A stretch of 64,000 nucleotides of DNA from Eledone cirrhosa (GCA_964016885.1 OZ024753.1:11966001-12030000), one strand, 5' to 3'. Numbered from the stretch's first letter, positions 39,727 through 54,967 are shown. Made by a program: numbers and translations. Notes: generated from the letters alone by a model not told the origin.

Positions 39727-39945
39727 GCACACACACATATATATATATATATACATATAATTGTTTCTACTTTTTGGCACAAGGCCAGCAATTAACCCAG
39801 TGTATTACTGGTACTTTATTTTATCGACCCCGAAAGGATGAAAGGCAAAGTTAACCTCGGCGGGATTTGAACTCAGAATGGCAAGGACCGTAACTCTATG
39901 CGTCAAAGCATGGCGTCCGACCCTCTACTGATACTGCCAATCCTC
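39541..39945 (-). mobile_element. Two SINE family 1 copies (39541-39673 deleted, 39758-39945 full)
   Basis: Consensus match. Confidence 0.88.
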
Positions 39946-40214
39946 TGCCCATATACATATACATATAATACACACATATATATATATATATTTGTATGTA
40001 TAATATATGTAGAGGTATATATGTGTGGATGTATTATCATTAATGGGGAGTTAGTGAACTGTTACTCTGGGCTTTCTCCTCTGTGGCCACAGGGTCATTA
40101 ATGTCGTGGTCAAGCTGGCAACCTCTTAGATACGCTATCAAAAGATCAGGCCTGCTGAACTTGGGGAAATATATTAATTTATACTATCTAATTGTTTCCA
40201 TATCCACACCATAA

Positions 40215-41090
<876 letters not shown>

Positions 41091-41099
41091 GGATATATA

Positions 41100-41296
41100 T
41101 AGGAAAATGTTCAAGATCCCGAGGGGCAGAGCTCAAGCCGTTTCGACGGCTATTTCTGAGTCCAGAAAAAGCCGTCGAAACGGCTTGAGCTCTGCCGTCG
41201 GGGTCTTGAATATTTTCCTATTACCCACTCTCCTAACCTATGTATCGAATAGTCTGGTGCGTTATGGTCCATCTGGTTCGTTGCCACACTTCCATC

Positions 41297-41298
<2 letters not shown>
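41100..41298. mobile_element. Fold-back element, family H
   Basis: TAGGAAAATGTTCAAGATCCCGA...TCGGGGTCTTGAATATTTTCCTA plus right tail ending at (TA)n. Confidence 0.85.
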
Positions 41299-41340
<42 letters not shown>

Positions 41341-41865
41341 GAAGGAAGTTCTTTCTCCTTTCCCTCTCTTTTTTTTCTCTCCCTTTTTTCTCTCTTTCTC
41401 TCTCCTTTTCCACCTGGTCTTTTGATTAAAAAAAGGCCTCGGGCGCACCCGAACTACACCGATGTCCTGTAATTCAGAGCCGAAACATCGAGCATTATAA
41501 TAAATGTTCGGTAAACCGATGCGTGCATATATATATATATATATATGTGCATGTATGTATATATGTACATACTACTGTACGTCTGTATACATATATGTAT
41601 GTACGTATACATATATATATATATATTTATATTTATAGTAGAATAATCGAGAATCGGAATATCAGCCCACGAAATCACGATAAACAATATCCGATATATG
41701 TGGCAGAGGGCTCAATAATTTGGAAAAATCAGAGCTATAACTATCGTTAAAATACCAACACATAGAGATCATGCCTAAAATCACCCGTGCAGCCGAAAAA
41801 GAACGAGCAGGAAGATTCGGGTCACTCAAATAAAATACCAATAAATTAATAAATTAAATGAATAT

Positions 41866-42845
41866 AATTGTTTCTACTTTTGGCACAAGGCCAGCAATTA
41901 CCCAGTGCATTACTGGTTCTTTATTTTATCGACCTCGTAAGGATGAAAGGCAAAGTTAACCTCGGCGGGATTTGAACTCAGATCGTAAAGGGACGTAACT
42001 ATGCTAGAAAGCATGGCGTCCAACCCTCTACTGATACTGCCAATTCACCGCCCTCCTATATATATATTTATGACAGTAAACAAGTTCTTATATCTGAGCT
42101 GATGACGTCTCATATTACTCTAAACAATATATTTAACAACGTTTGAACTCAAAATACAGATGTCGGCTGTTTTCAAATTTTATAGTACCGGTTTCAATCT
42201 AGCTGAGGCAAGATAGTTCCTTATTAATAGTTTCTATTTTTGGCACAAGGCCAGCAATTATTCCAGTACATCACTGGTACTTTATTTTATCGACCCCCCC
42301 GTACGGATGAAAGGCAAAGTTAACCTCGGTTGGATTTGAACTCAGTCCGTAAAGGGACATAACTGTGCTACAAAGCATGATGTCCGACCCTCTACCGATA
42401 CTGCCAATCCACCGCTTATTTTAATATTAATGTTGTATTTTTTACTTTTGTCCGTTACATAAGACGAACACAATTTCACGAATTCGGATAGTATTTCACT
42501 CTTCATGCCAGTTTCCTCAGAGGATTGTAGAATCACACATTTGCTATGGTGTATGCGAGACTATAAAAAAAACATAGAATATACAGATATGTTAACATGA
42601 TCCTTAGGTCAAAATCAAAGATTTATATGTGAAATATTGGTTTCTTATATAGGCACAAGTCCAGCAATTTTGGAGGAGGGGAAAGTCGAATAAATCGTCA
42701 CCAGTGCGTAACTGGTACTTTATTTTATCGATGAAAGGCAAAGTTAACACCTCGGCGGGATTTGAACTCAGATCATAAAGGGGCGTAACTCTATGCTGCA
42801 AAGCATGGCGTCCGACCCTCTACCGATACTGCCAATCCACCGCCC
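41866..42845 (-). mobile_element. Three SINE family 1 copies (41866-42053, 42227-42416, 42636-42845)
   Basis: Consensus match, all in the same orientation. Confidence 0.9.
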
Positions 42846-43950
42846 TTATATGTGAAATATTGTAAGTAGACAAGCAATGACAAGTAGAAAATCTTGTCAT
42901 CTTCCATGCCAATGTGGTTAAGTTAGGGAGGTAAAGGAAATGGTCTCCTACTTTTAAGGGTGAGAAACAGAAGACCGGACGATGTAAAGAAGCAGACGAT
43001 AGTGAGGGAAACAAAGATAGTGTGGGGGTGAATGAAACAAAGAGAGATGGAGAAAGAGTGAGACAGAGTTAGTTAGTATGAGGACGGAAGAGACATTTAA
43101 AAAGTGAGGGAGAGAGAAAGTGAGGTTGGCGGTGGAAGAGAGAGTTAACAGTGAAAGAGGGAGAAAAATAGGAGAGATTGGGTCACGCAAGTAACATAGC
43201 ATCTTATCATATCTATCTATCTATCTATCTATCCCTCTCTTAGTCAATCTCTCTTTCTCCCTCTCTCTACACACACACATATATATACACACACATATGA
43301 GTGTGTGCGTGCATAATGAACAATTCACATATAAACTCGTCCATATAAATGAGACAAACATCAATAATAGAAGAGAAGAGGTGTTATAATAGCAAAGGAC
43401 TGATTCAACGTAGATAATACTCTTGGGAACTTCAGTAAATTGGATTCTGTTACTACTGGAGATCTCTCTGGTAAACAACATATCTTTATCATTATGAGTC
43501 TCTAATAATCGACCTTAAAGCATTTCGGTTCCTTCTACAAATTTACATGGCACATTAAAGTGAATGTGGCAACAGTAATTAGCAGGTAATTTGTGAAACG
43601 TATAATCAATAACTAAATTTAGAGTTTGCAGAAAACATCCATCTCGAGAATACACTTAAAACATAACCCCTCACACGCCTACGGATATTATGCAGATATT
43701 CTCACAGACACGCTTCAGCACATATTAATATCACCCACGACTGTATCAGTATATTCGTGTATTTGTATTTGTGTGTGTGTGGCGCGTGTGTGTATTTCTA
43801 TATATATATATATATATATGTTGTCCTTCTCCGACTAACAACTTTCCCCATCTAAAAAAACCCCAGTTGAAGGATGCGAAATCCGAAATATAGGGATATT
43901 TAAATAACTGCCAAGGTAACTCTATCTCGTGTTATTATTTTTATACTCTT

Positions 43951-44143
43951 TGGCGGTGGATTGGCAGTATCGGTAGAGGGTCGGACGCTATGCTTTGACG
44001 TCGTATAGAGTTACGGCCCTTGCCATTCTGAGTTCAAATCCCGCGAGGTTAACTTTGCCTTTCATCCTTACGGGGTCGATAAAATAAAGTACCAGTAATG
44101 CTCTGGGTAATTTCTGGCCTTGTGCCAAACGTAGAAACAATTA
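43951..44143 (+). mobile_element. SINE family 1, full length
   Basis: Consensus match. Confidence 0.92.
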
Positions 44144-44323
44144 TTTTTATACTCTTTCATACGTTCCTCTACAGCCTATACGTCTCACTCTACATCTCCT
44201 CTTCCATCTCTCTCATCACCAACCGATTCTGTTACCCGGAGATTACACATCTGCATTGTTGAGGTTTCCAGAACGTCCAATTTTATTATTCTACAATGCT
44301 TCAAGCAATCTTCAACACTCTCA

Positions 44324-44367
<44 letters not shown>

Positions 44368-44368
<1 letters not shown>

Positions 44369-44972
44369 CGGATGAGTTGTGGTAAGGAACCAGAAGGACC
44401 ATAACGCACCAGAGTACTCAATACTTAGCGTAGTAGAGTGGGTAATAGGAGAAAGTATGACCCCGACGTCAGGACTCAAGCCGCTTCGACGGCTATTTCT
44501 GGACTAAAGTAAGAGTCTTTTTTAGTCTTGTAAATAAATAGCCGAACCTTTCAAGGGTACTTCCGTATATGGAAAGATTGTACAACTACAATATTTCCGT
44601 ATAAGGTTCGGCTATTGAAAAGTTCGGCTATTTATTTACAAGACTAAAAAAAAATCTTACTTTAGTCCAGAAATAGCCGTCGAAACGGCTTGAGCTCTGC
44701 CGTTGGGGTCATACATTCTTATATATATAGGAAAGGATTCAGCCCGTCGGGGTCATACTTTCTTATATATATAGGAAAGGATTCAGCACCCCTACGGCTG
44801 AGCTCCGGCCGTTTCGATAGCTAGATCCAAACTGTTAGGATCTAGCTGTCGAAACGGCCGGAGCTCAGCCGTCGGGGTCCTGACTCTTTTCTTATTACCC
44901 ACTCTACTACCCTAAGTATCGAGTATTCTGGTGCGTTAGGGTCCACCTGGTTCCTTACCAGATTTAATTTGT
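44368..44972. mobile_element. Two adjacent family H fold-back elements (about 44368-44722 long-armed, about 44770-44972 variant)
   Basis: Both have tail plus hairpin. The second hairpin is centred on CTAGATCC-AAACTGTTA-GGATCTAG. A short duplication lies between them. Confidence 0.85.
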
Positions 44973-45222
44973 TATATATATCCGATAGCTTTTATTTTTA
45001 ATCATTTTAAATTTTGTTTTTTATTTTTTACTGTTAACTTCCATCTTTAACCCCCCCCCCCCCTTACTCCTCCTCCGAGTTTCGGTAGCCACCCCCACCC
45101 CCCTCTCCGACCCTTCCTGATGAAGAACTTCTCGCCAAAATTTTGAAACGTCCGCTATTTCCACCAAGCGTGAAGCTAATATAACTGTCTACAATTGCCT
45201 CCTGTGTTTTGTTCATTGGCAA

Positions 45223-45278
<56 letters not shown>

Positions 45279-45297
45279 TAATAATAATAATAATAAT

Positions 45298-45703
45298 AAT
45301 TTTTCTACTTTAGGCACAAGGCCAGCAAATTATCCCAGTGCATAACTGGTACTTTATTTTATCGTCCCCGTCAGGATGAAAGGCAAAGTTCACCTCGGAG
45401 GGATTTGAACTCAAAATGTAAAGGATTATAACTCTATGCTGCAAAGCATGTTGTCGGACCCTCTACCAATCTACTACTACTAATAATAATAATAATTGTT
45501 TCTACTTCAGGCACAAGGCCAGCAATTACCCAATGCATTACTGGTACTTTATTCTATCGATCCCGGAAGGATGAAAGGCAAAGTTAACCTTGCCCTCAAT
45601 AATAATAATTGTTTCTACTTTAGGCACAAGGCCATCAATTACCCAGTGCATTACTGGTACTTTATTTTATCGACCCCGTAAGGATGAAAGGCAAAGTTAA
45701 CCT
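45298..45703 (-). mobile_element. Three tandem SINE family 1 pieces
   Basis: 45298-45470, 45493-45590 and 45606-45703, with (TAA)n tails. Confidence 0.88.
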
Positions 45704-45784
45704 CAATAGTTGCCCTCAATAATAATAATAATAAAACATAACTCAGTTGATTACATATCAATGAAGCCTTTAACTCATTGTTTA

Positions 45785-45819
<35 letters not shown>

Positions 45820-45942
45820 GTGTGTATATATATATGTGTGTGTGTGTTTGTGTGTATGTGTAATATATGTTAGTTGGTGGTATATGGAAGTTTATATACA
45901 ATAACCGTGATTGATTGTTATTTTGTTTCTATTATTTTAAAA

Positions 45943-46068
45943 TAGAGTTACGTCCCTTTACGGACTGAGTTCAAATCCCGCCGAGGTTAACTTTGCCTTT
46001 CATCCTAAGATAAAATACCAGTAATGTACTGGGGTATTTGCTGTCCTTGTGACAAAAGTAGAAACAAA
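45943..46068 (+). mobile_element. SINE family 1, truncated
   Basis: B box, partial core and tail. Confidence 0.82.
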
Positions 46069-49000
46069 TATTTTAAAGGGAATATATTTGTATTGATTGT
46101 TATATAAATACAACTCTCTGGACACAATGCCAGAAAACTTTGTTTTTCAATTATATACAATTGTATATATGAATGTATATATGTGCGTGCTTGTGTGTGT
46201 ATGTACGTGTGTGTGTGTGTGTGTGTATGGACGTTCGTGTGTGCATGTACATGTGTGTGTGTCTGTGTATTTACATGTATATACGTGTGTGTACATGTAC
46301 ATAATAGAGAGAAATAGTTTGAGAGAAAGCAGAGGGTGGGTGGGTGAACGATAGTATATGAGAGGATGTATAAAATACAGTCTTTGAAGGAGAGTTAATG
46401 TAAGTTAATACGTTTATATCTCTATGCTTGAATATGTAAATACGTTTATCGTTTATAGAAGTATTAAATAACATCATACATCCACATATACATATTTATA
46501 TGTTGGAGTTGTTGTGAGTTCTGATGCTAATTGCATTTTATGTGCAACTGTAAAACTTAATAATTCGTAATTACTCAACAACATACTTAACTGCAGTTTA
46601 ACTTGTTCTTTCAACATGGAACGTTTCAAGCTCACATCGTTTGCAGTCAATATTGAATTATTCAATAATTAAATGTGTAAACTATCATATATTATCTCGG
46701 AATTTCAATTTTAATATTCCCACTAGACGAAGCCAATAATCCATGACCATAATTGTATAACCGTTTAAGTTTAATTTTCGCTGATTACCAAAATTTCATA
46801 AAATTAATAATGTTATCTTTGATGTGAATTATCATCCACATTTTGAAATTATGAAATTCTCCTAAAAATGTTCCTGTGAAAAACACATGAGCCTGAATAA
46901 GAAGTAAACTCCATAGGTTTCTGCAGTTAGTTTTCAATATTTTCAAAATATATGAGCAAATATTTAATGAAATAAAAGTAAAAGATATTAATAATTCTGA
47001 AATTAGTAGAGCCACGAAATCATCAGATAAGCATTATTATGTTGATTATTTTTCCTTGTTTTTGAATCAGGGGATATGTTTAATTAAAAAATGTGAATAA
47101 TTTAGGAAGCGAGGATATGGGAAAATAGTAAACGCCGTGACATCCAAAATCGTTCACCGACTTGAAAGATAATGCTGGAAGCAAAATTTGGCATAATTTA
47201 TACTGCGAACAAAAGAGCAGAATGAAGTCGGTTGCCAGAGAGATAAGTTGTAAATGTAGAGACGTTTTACTTATAAGTGGGTACGTAAAACTGGATCTGT
47301 AAATTACTGACACAGAGCCAGAATACATTAAACAGTATATATACATTTTCACATAAAGATAAAATATATCCCATATATATGATTTAAACAAGAGAATCGA
47401 CAAAACATTCAAGTCTATAATGAATCTAGGCAACAGGTATAAACATGATGCTAGTTAATGCAATCTCTGGGATAAACAGAATCGATGTACCGTCACCTTA
47501 CATACGGCACCAGATATAATTAGACAACAAGAACATACACTAATTACTTTAATAATATACCAATTTTATTAAGTTGTCATGTCTTATTTGACCACCGAAA
47601 ATCAATGAATTTAACACAAAGATTGAAGCCATAATTAGGAAAATAAGTATATTCGAAAGCCAGTATCAAAGAAAAAAATGATTTTTCTATTGGTACACTT
47701 ATCAGAATTTTGATATGGAGACACAAAGGCTGTGCATTCTAATAAATATTGCCTGTACAGGTAAAGTGTGTATACATTTTGTAGGCGTAGAATTGACAGA
47801 CTCATTGAAAAGTCGGATAGAAAGCTTTGTTATTCGGTCCAGCCCTTATCTCTCTGAGTCAAATCATGCTGAGGTCAACTTTTACTTACATCCTTTCGAA
47901 ATCGATAAAACGAAGTACCCTCTTGTACAGGCGTTGATTCTTCCTCTATATCTCTTTCTAATTTCCTCTCTATCACTTTCAATCTTTCTCTGGAAGAAAT
48001 CTGCTTTACTCAGGCCTGGAGAAGGATGGGCTCCGCCAGTCTTTAAAGAGATGCCATAGAAATACTGTATGTCGATACGGCGCCCCTACCACTCTATCAA
48101 GAGTTACGGGACAATACAGACATACATTCTCTGGGGATAACCTGTCATATAGATATAATATTCTTTATTATGTGGTAATGAGTAGTCCGTTACTCTAGAG
48201 ATTCACTTGTGTTATCAAAATATTTATCAAACAAAACTAATTGTGAAGTAACAGAATGACAATATCAATAGAAAAAGAGCTGTGGTGTGATGTGTGGTTG
48301 ATGGATAGGGGTTGAGAAGGAACACTGCAGCTTAAGTGGGTGATAGAGATGGTATAATAGTATATTAAATATCAAATGATACATATTATATATAAATATA
48401 TAAATATAGTAAAATAGAAAATATATATTTATTAACACATAGTATATATTATTTATTTTATATCAATCAACGATTTTATTTATTAGATATTGTTTCCAAT
48501 TTGCGTGTAGGTAGGTCCCTCGGGAAATAGTGTTAGGGGCGCTGAGGGTATTATGTGGCCGTAAGTGGGGCGGTGACCCGTGAAGTTTGAAAAACTCTAA
48601 TATAGAAGAAGTGATGAGGCGAAAAAGAAAAGGTAAAATGGAATGGGGATGAATGGCAGAGAAAAGGATAGTAAGTTGGGAACATGAAAAGAAAGCAAGA
48701 GTAGGGAAAGTAAAAGAAAAATGCGAAAGGAAAGGATATAGAGAAGAGAGGGAAAGGAGGAGAAAATCGGGGACAAATCAAGAATAATCCGTGGGGCGCA
48801 GTCAAAACACCGCTCGCCCTAGGCCCAGAGCTTATCACCCCCCCCCCTTTATTATGTGGCCTAAGAGTCCTTGCTTTTTCTATCCTTTTCCTCTCATTTA
48901 TGAAATTTATACACGTTTCCTCTACTTTCCTCTACGTTCCTCTACTTTCCTTTACTTTCCTCTACTTTGCTCTACTTTCCCATACAGCCAGATCTGCCCT

Positions 49001-49300
49001 TCTTTGCAGGCGTCACTTTTTCTCATTACTTAAGTTTGTTTTAATATATCTTTTTCATATTTATGTAATTATCAATGGTTTTTAAGTCAACTTCGTGAGT
49101 GAAACACGTGTATTGAGAATAAAGATTTATTTTACCAAAATAACAAAATAGTTTGAGTGTGTTGATGAAAGCGAACCAAAGTTGATACAACCATCAGAAA
49201 TAATGTGAAAAATATGGTCGGCTGAAGTAGCTTCTGGTGAATTGATAGTGTTTGTAATAATTGTATATCATATTCTGATAGTTTTGTTGTTGATAGTAAA

Positions 49301-49525
49301 TAGAGTATGGTAATACATAAACAAATAAATATATTATGGTTAAAAATACTTGAGAAATACATTGCGAATTGCTGGAGATTAAGACGGTTGTTATTAGAAA
49401 TTATATATTATAATAGAGTATGGTAATACATAAACACATAAATATATTATGGTTAAAAATACTTGAGAAATACATTGCGAATTGCTGGAGCTTAAGACGG
49501 TTGTTATTAGAAATTATATATTATA
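49301..49525. repeat. 112-bp direct tandem duplication
   Basis: TAGAGTATGGTAATACATAAAC starts at 49301 and 49413. Confidence 0.92.
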
Positions 49526-49739
49526 AATTGATGAGGAGGACGAAGTGAAATATAACAAATTAAAATAATGAATGAAATGGTAAAGAATAAAATATATCAA
49601 GTGGGGGGAAGGAAGCTGGGGGTGGGGGCGGGGATTGAGTGTGTATTAAATAATGGAAAATAATTAAAACCTAAACATGTAGGAGTTTGTGGTCAACAAA
49701 ATAGACTTCCAGTAAATTGATGACTGATTGTGGTAGTCG

Positions 49740-49772
<33 letters not shown>

Positions 49773-49814
49773 GGAGGAGGAGGCCGTCAGGAATATAGTA
49801 GAATGGTTTATATA

Positions 49815-50515
49815 ATGGTGATGGTGATGGTGATGATGAACAAGAGGAGGCGGGGCATGGTGGTGTTACTGAGGCATGATGGTGATGATGATGATGATGA
49901 TGAACAAGAGGCGGAGCATGGTGGTGTTACTGGGGCATGATGGTGATGATGATGATGAACAAGAGGCGGAGCATGGTGGTGTTACTGGGGCATGATGGTG
50001 ATGGTGATGATGATGATGATGATGAAGAGGAGGCGGAGCATGGTGGTGTTACTGGGGCATGATGGTGATGATGGTGATGATGATGATGATGAACAAGAGG
50101 AGGCGGAGCATGGTGGTGTTACTGGGGCATGATGGTGATGATGATGATGGTGATGATGATGATGATGAACAAGAGGAGGCGGAGCATGGTGGTGTTACTG
50201 GGGCATGATGGTGATGGTGATGATGATGATGGTGTTACTGGGGCATGATGGTGATGATGGTGGTGTTACTGGGGCATGATGGTGATGATGGTGATGATGG
50301 TGGTGTTACTGGGGCATGATGGTGATGATGGTGGTGATGGTGGTGTTACTGGGGCATGATGGTGATGATGGTGATGATGGTGGTGAACAAGAGGAGGCGG
50401 ACCATGGTGGTGCTATTGGGGGCATGTTGATGATGATGATGATGATAATGATGATCATGATCGTGATCGCGAGGGTGAGAGAGATGCTGGTGCTGATGAT
50501 GATGATTATGATGAG
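49815..50515. repeat. GAT/GGT-rich minisatellite
   Basis: Unit GAACAAGAGGAGGCGGAGCATGGTGGTGTTACTGGGGCATGATGGT(GAT)n, about 6 full copies plus partial ones. Confidence 0.92.
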
Positions 50516-50889
50516 CAGGTGGAGGAAGGAGAGGAGGAGGGTAAATAGAGTAGATATTAGTTAATAACTTGAATCGTAGGAAAAAGAATGTATTGTTATA
50601 ACTATATTATCAATAATGATAAAACTATACTTTAATAGGTTGCTATGGAGATCTGAATACTGCAATAGTCTCAAAGCCATTAACCACTCTATATTTTAAA
50701 AAGTTAACTAATCATAAGGTGAAAGTAATAATTTTTCTAATAGATTTGATGCTAAAATATTTCGGTATAGATGTGAATTTCGTATATCTAACGATATACC
50801 TTATGTTTAATAAATAATCATTTTGAAAGCCACCGCTATGAACAGGAGACTGGCAGGTAGCGCTACCGAGCGGTGACCAGCAGAAGCAC

Positions 50890-51100
50890 GGGTGATAATT
50901 CTCAATCATTTCGAAATTAAATGTTCCCCATCAGGACTATTTCTGGACTTTTAAACAGGCGAAAATATATAGTTTTTTCGTCTCTGTAAATGGGCTTATT
51001 AGCCTCATTTGCATAAGAATCTGTATAGCTTGGCGGCCCAAATTAAAATAGAATTAGAATTGTATACCGCGATGTCGAAGCTAAATTCTAATTCTATTTC
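50890..51100 (-). mobile_element. Diverged family E copy with decayed HHR
   Basis: Homologous to 10118-10235. Minus strand gtc CTGATGG GGAA-catttaa-TTTC GAAA TGA sits at the position equivalent to the family E HHR. Confidence 0.6.
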
Positions 51101-51110
51101 ATTATAATGT

Positions 51111-51565
51111 AGGCGGTGAATTGGCAGTGTCGGTAGAGGGTCGGGCGCCATGCTTTGCAGCACAGTTACTTCCCTTTACGGACTGAGTTCAAATCCCGCC
51201 GAGGTTAACTTTGCCTTTCATCCTTACGTGGTCGATAGAATAAAGTAGCAGTAATGTACTGGGTAATTGATGGCCTTGTGCCAAAAGTAGAAACAATTAT
51301 TATTAGAATTTTATTCTGGAGGCGAATTGGCAGAGTTGATAAATGTCGATTAAAATGCTTTATGTATTTGTGTAAAGGGCGGTGGATTGGCAGTATCGGT
51401 AGAGGGTCGGACGCCATGCTTTGCAGCATAGTTACGTCCCGTTACGGACTGAGTTCAAATCCCGCCGAGGTTAACTTTGCCTTTCATCCTTACGGGGTCG
51501 ATAAAATAAAGTACCAGTAATACAGTGGGATAATTGCTCGCCTTGTACCATAAGCAGAAACAATT
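51111..51565 (+). mobile_element. Two SINE family 1 copies (51111-51300, 51376-51565)
   Basis: Consensus match. Confidence 0.92.
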
Positions 51566-53099
51566 ATAATGTATAATGAAACAAATAAATGAGGAAAATT
51601 GAGGCACAAAATAATAAACATGGAAACATTGTAAATATTAAGTGATGGTCCCATAAATTACTAGGGCTTTCACTTGTACCTCGGGAAGACAGCATCCGCT
51701 TGATGTTATGCTAAAAACAGTTGAAGATGTTAAAATCTTAGCTTTCCACAGTCTACGAAGCTTAGACTATGGTAGAACCTAGATCATTCAGAAGGTAAAA
51801 ATAATAGAAAACAAACCAATACCAGACGGGTTTCTATAATACACAGTTGGTAAGAGAGAGAGATTTAGACTTTGTGTAACTTCATCTGTCAAACATACCA
51901 TAATGTGAAGATCTGTTACATAACTGTTAGTGCATCTAGTAGTGGGGCTGATGGATCAACCAGAGCGTGTAAGAAACAATGTGGAGTCAGGCTTTGGTGG
52001 ATATCCGTACGGAGTGTCTAGGTGAATATATTGGTAGAGGTTATGTTGGGAATGTGCTTGGGCCCGGCGCTGTTTGAACACTCCGGTACATATGGTTATA
52101 GAGTATAGTTGGTCGGTAATAACAGTAATTATTCCGTATGTAGGTTGGTATCATCCAAGATAGGGATGTGCTTAAAGAAACGCAGGCTTTAGTTGCTTGG
52201 ATGAAATCAAAGGCAGGATGTTACCTCACGTGCATTCAAGATATTGGTTGATTATTTGAGAAGCTTCTAGTGAATATAGATGGTTTATGATGATTGTAAA
52301 TAGAAAGATGTGATTGATAAATAAATATTTTAAAATAAATCTTATGAGTGGTGGTCAATTAAGATAAATGTGGTAAAAACCTTGAGAGAATTAACGGTGC
52401 TTCAATACTTAAAATTTTATTTATTTTGTTTTGTTTTTATTTTTTTATTTTTTAAATCATTTGTTATTACTTGTATCACTAGCTCTTTTTGGTCACCAAC
52501 TGTAAGGAGTACTTGATACTCCCCCTAGTCTGTCAAGGCTTACTTGCTATATACAGACGTTTACAATGATCAAATAAATAAATAAATAAGAAAGTGCAGA
52601 GAGTGACGGTGGAAACGATGATAATAAAAGATGGCGATAATATTAAATGTACTAAATTAAAATATCAAATAAAATAAAATAATATAAAATACAACAGAAT
52701 AAAATACTTTAAGTGGATAAGAGTTTTATCTATGAATAGAAAATAAATAATAGAAGTATAGAATTTGTTATCGAACTAAATATACTTCTAGTAAATATAT
52801 CACTGATAGAGGTAATGGTTATGATGATGGGAAGAAAACAAGGGAAATGATTTAGATGATGACCATGATGGTGATGATATATAAAATGAGTGGATAGAAA
52901 GTAATAAATAAGTATAAGCACAGTAAAAATATGTAAAAATATAGAGTAAATATGAGTGGTGATAGACAGGAGTTGGTGATGTATAACTCTTGTGAGGAAA
53001 AACGTTTAAGTTATTCTGGTCGATTGATAACACTTAAAGAATATATAGTCTTTGCTTTGGCATAAGAGAGATGGGAGTGTGTGTTCCTTTGGGGATGCT

Positions 53100-53428
53100 T
53101 TCTAGGTTTTCCACCCTTGAGGCTTATATGGCGAACATTTTAGACTATTGTTATAGGAAATACGAAATGTTTTGAATATTTTAACTTTAATTTAATTTCA
53201 ATAACATTTCTAGGTTTTCCACCCCTTGAGGCTTATATGGCGAACATTTTAGATTATTGTTATAGGAAATACGAAATGTTTTGAATATTTTAACTTTAAT
53301 TTAATTTCAATAACATTTCTAGGTTTTCCACCCCTTGAGGCTTATATGGCGAACATTTTAGATTATTGTTATAGGAAATACGAAATATTTTGAATATTTT
53401 AACTTTAATTTAATTTCAATAACATTTT
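53100..53428. repeat. About 109-bp tandem repeat, 3 copies
   Basis: TTCTAGGTTTTCCACCC starts at about 53100, 53208 and 53317. A diverged partial copy lies at about 53785-53890. Confidence 0.93.
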
Positions 53429-53894
53429 GTAACCTGAATTGGTCAACAACAAATTCTCATCTGAACCATTTTGTTCCTAAACGACCTTAATATGTCTTGT
53501 GAGAAGTAATGTAATGGAGATTGCAGTAGAGAGGTATTTCACTTTTGTGTCGACTGAGAGTATCAATGAATCTGTCAGTTCAAGGAAAGAAATATTTGTG
53601 AGGTTTTAATGAACAGAGAAACAAACCTGTTAGTAGTTAAATAGTATTTTCGTGTATATTAGTTTCTCATAAAGCAAGAAACAAACACCTAATATGGTAA
53701 CAATATGTGGAGACTTCAGGTTTGAACACGGGTCGATACTTTCTCTATAGAAAAAAATCGGCTCAATACTGGACTGGTAATTTTTATAGGAGAAACGAAA
53801 TCTGCTTTGAATCTTTTAACTTTAATTTAAATTCAATAACCTTTTGTAACCTGAATTGGTAAACAAGAACAAATTCTCAGCTGAACCATTGAGA

Positions 53895-54058
53895 AACAAT
53901 CGACCCCAGTACTGGACTGGTAATTTTTTTTGTATCGACCTCGAAAGGATAAAAGGCAACGTTGACCACGGCGGGATTTGAACTCAGAGCGTGCATTGAT
54001 CTGGAACGAACACCGTAAAGCATTTTATCCGACGCCTTAACGACTCAATTCTCCACCG
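53895..54058 (-). mobile_element. Older SINE family 1 subfamily
   Basis: ATCGACCTCGAAAGGATAAAAGGCAACGTTGACCACGGCGGGATTTGAACTCAG. Confidence 0.8.
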
Positions 54059-54810
54059 TTTAATATTTTAAATTACATGCCTGAATCTACAGTTCTAGTT
54101 TCGAACCTCTGAATGAGCCTGTTATACGCCGTGCTTGATATACTATTTCAATTGGTTTACATACGCAATGTTTGAAATGACCTACTCTCTTAAAACTCTA
54201 ACATAATCTATTTTGTTTTTACATCTCTTTTATTCTTTGTTTGATCTTCGTTGTTTTTGTTTAATCTTCGTTGTTTTTGTTTAATCTTCGTTGTTTTTGT
54301 TTAATCATGTTAAATATTACTCTACGTTTTTCAATTCGATAGTGATGATATATTACATATACTTTCGTTTTGTCTTCCTTATTAAACATTTTTATTTATT
54401 TCTCAAACGTTACTGTTGCTACATTGATACATATTCAAAAATTCAATCTCAAAAATAACAACATATCGAATTTTATCGATTTTATTTATCATGTATGTGT
54501 CCAATGGCAATACGTTTTGTTTTGAATTAAATTTGGTTTTTATTTTAAGCGACTGCAGTCGCATTTTATATTTGATTCATATAAACATGACATACCAAAG
54601 TGTATTAAGGACACAGTTCGATCAATCTGTAACAATCGATTCTGAAATAAAACATGAAAATAAAAGAACAAATCATTTTCCCTCTACAAATGCTTATTGT
54701 TCGACAATGGCTGCTTCTGTATTGACTAGCATATGTTTATAATCTCTCTCAGTAAATGCACACGCACACACATATATATATATATATATATTAATACACA
54801 CACACATATA

Positions 54811-54856
<46 letters not shown>

Positions 54857-54967
54857 TATATGTACATATATATATATTTATATAAATATTTATATATAAA
54901 TATATACATATATATATAATAAAATATAATATATATATAATATATATAATATATATATAATTATATC

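Noticed and set aside
41420-41495. Degenerate UUGAAAA-type HHR (GGC...GCC GAAACATC)
   Set aside because: The core reads TTAAAAA and stem I is absent, so it is too decayed to call.
49815-50564. Asp/Gly/His- or Met-rich protein
   Set aside because: Variable (GAT)n minisatellite with shifting frames and no splice or homology support.
51640-52260. Possible LINE RT relic on the minus strand
   Set aside because: Only a faint RPTILYN-like motif with many stops; not supportable without a search.
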